NCBI GenBank assembly: GCA_965246715.1
Contig: CBDFFH010000029.1
Span: 64,001 to 128,000, forward strand
Reading direction: 5' to 3'
Origin: Chamaesiphon sp.
Lineage (GTDB): Bacteria > Cyanobacteriota > Cyanobacteriia > Cyanobacteriales > Chamaesiphonaceae
Length of the DNA: 64,000 nucleotides
The first letter of the stretch is position 1, and every line of letters begins with the position of its first letter. Under the pieces are notes generated by a model that did not search any database, was not told the origin of the DNA, and was given only the letters and a program-made list of their open reading frames with translations. Positions 62,427 through 64,000 of this stretch are shown here, one piece after another. The translations under genes were made by a program, and so were the position numbers.

Positions 62427-64000
62427 GTGGAAAATAACAAGCTTCAAGAAATCCGCACTCAGCTAACTGCGGCATGGAGGCAATTACAGGCGGGACAAGC
62501 CTCTAGCAAACTTTCAGTCGATCGCGGTGAAATCGATACTCTCACCGATCGTTGCGGTTCAGCGCCGATAGCTAGTAAAGCGCGGCGGGGTAGTGAAAGT
62601 CTAGTTGTTGCACCAGAACAAGATCGACAACTGGAAACAAACAATCTGTTCGAGCTGGCAAATCAAGGGAATACTAATAAAGTTCCCGAGCGGCGGGATT
62701 TGTTTAGCGAAATTACTACACCGATAAGTAAGCTAAATTTGCCCAAGGTCAATGTCGATCCTTGGTCAGCATTTTGGGCGATTTTAGCGGCAATGGTGGG
62801 TGGGACGGGGATTACTAGTTACTTACTATTGATTGCCGTGCCCCCGACCCCAAATTGTCAGGGAATTTCCCCGATCTCCACTGATAGCGAGCGACTCTAC
62901 TGCGCTCAGACGGGTGCAGATACCAAGGAATTACCCAAGCTCCGAGCAGCAGTCGGTTTAGTCCAAGGGTGGACGGACAGTCATCCGCTGTATGGGGAGG
63001 CGCAACGGCTACTGAAAACTTGGTCGCTGGATTTGATGCGAATCGGGCGCAAGCAACTCAACGAAGGTAGTATCGATCGGGCAATCTCCACGCTAAAAAT
63101 CGTTCCGACGAGCAGCCCGATTTACAAAGAAGCTCAAGCCGCGATCGTCAAATGGAGCGAGCAAGCCCAAAATAGTGCCAAGATCGACGGTAAATTCGAT
63201 CGGGCGATGAAAAGTGGCGATTGGAATCAGGCATTTGTCATCTTGCAAACAGTACAGCAGATGCGGGGGCATTATTGGAATACTTATAAGCACGAGAAAA
63301 TGTCATCTAGACTCGCGATCGAGCGCGATGGCTGGGATAAACTGCAAGAAGCAAAAGACGCCCTGCTGGGCAAAGAGTTTTCGAGCTATACCGTAGGTGC
63401 CGAGCGTCACGATCTCGCCAAACCGAAAACCGCTGGCAAAAATCAAGAAAAAGTCGAAGCACCATTGCCAACACAGCCAGAACCGATCGTTAAAGCGATG
63501 AAACTGGCAAATCAGATTAATGCTAAAACCTATGTCTATCATGAAGGACAACAGTTGCGGAGTAGGTGGAGTAAGCAGTTAGTGCATTTAAGCCTCACTG
63601 CCTACAAAGAGCAGAATTTTAATGAAGCGATCGATCTCGCCCAAAAAGTCCCTCAGGACGTGTCTGTCTATCCAGAGGCTCAAGATTGGGTCAAGCTCAA
63701 TCGAGCGCACCTCTACGCGGGCAAACGGCACATGCTAGCGATAATGGATGCGATCTCTCAAGTCAAACGAATTCCAAAAACTAGTGCAATCTATCCATTG
63801 GCACGGACAAAGCAATCTAACTGGCAAGGAATGCTCAAGCAGCAAACTCAGTTCCAGTGGGCGAAAACTATTGCTAGCTTCCAGCAGCCAGCAACCTTAG
63901 CACTCGCGATCGATACTGCCAAGCAAATCCCCGCTACTAGCGATGTCGGGAAAACGATGCAAACTGAGGTGGCCACCTGGAATCGCCAGATCCAAACCAT
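62427..64000 (+). CDS. Large membrane-anchored helical hypothetical protein, runs off the window end (absent from ORF track)
   Basis: AAGAGG RBS then GTG at 62427; reads MENNKLQEIRTQL...TM segment...PPTPNC...SERLYCAQ; no stop noticed to 64000. Confidence 0.75.
   Translation, partial: MENNKLQEIRTQLTAAWRQLQAGQASSKLSVDRGEIDTLTDRCGSAPIASKARRGSESLVVAPEQDRQLETNNLFELANQGNTNKVPERRDLFSEITTPISKLNLPKVNVDPWSAFWAILAAMVGGTGITSYLLLIAVPPTPNCQGISPISTDSERLYCAQTGADTKELPKLRAAVGLVQGWTDSHPLYGEAQRLLKTWSLDLMRIGRKQLNEGSIDRAISTLKIVPTSSPIYKEAQAAIVKWSEQAQNSAKIDGKFDRAMKSGDWNQAFVILQTVQQMRGHYWNTYKHEKMSSRLAIERDGWDKLQEAKDALLGKEFSSYTVGAERHDLAKPKTAGKNQEKVEAPLPTQPEPIVKAMKLANQINAKTYVYHEGQQLRSRWSKQLVHLSLTAYKEQNFNEAIDLAQKVPQDVSVYPEAQDWVKLNRAHLYAGKRHMLAIMDAISQVKRIPKTSAIYPLARTKQSNWQGMLKQQTQFQWAKTIASFQQPATLALAIDTAKQIPATSDVGKTMQTEVATWNRQIQT

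Noticed and set aside
62459..63551. Several short ORFs near the window end
   Set aside because: Shadows of the long plus-strand CDS starting at 62427
1..64000. Very frequent GCGATCGC / CGATCG
   Set aside because: HIP1, a well-known cyanobacterial genome-wide motif

Overview
Cyanobacterial chromosomal window: HIP1 GCGATCGC is abundant, and ado, CRR6 and dnaK3-dnaJ are present. Chamaesiphon-like origin is inferred from the PEP-CTERM tails and the LRR protein. Most of it is housekeeping: glyS end, metal ABC binding protein, ABC-F, a pstS-pstS-pstCAB operon with two Pho-box arrays, dapL, argJ, ado, dxs, dnaK3-dnaJ, a CheB/CheR kinase, a cobalamin riboswitch before cobW, rsmI, fabD, ridA, mpg, an FHA-adenylate cyclase and uppP. 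The non-coding DNA holds two unexplained layers. (1) An array of four tRNA-like cloverleaves (56110-56433) built as a tandem duplication. Arg(UCU) and Glu(UUC) anticodon loops sit on an identical T-arm and acceptor 3' strand, and alternate with non-canonical GUA pseudo-tRNAs. (2) A nested mobile-element hierarchy. Eight loci of IS982-like MITEs (6-7 bp TA...TA target duplications) host an IS1 and tiny 24-58 bp hairpin elements lacking target duplications. The tiny elements show covariation, insert at recurrent sites and nest inside each other, and MITE internal segments are inverted between copies.
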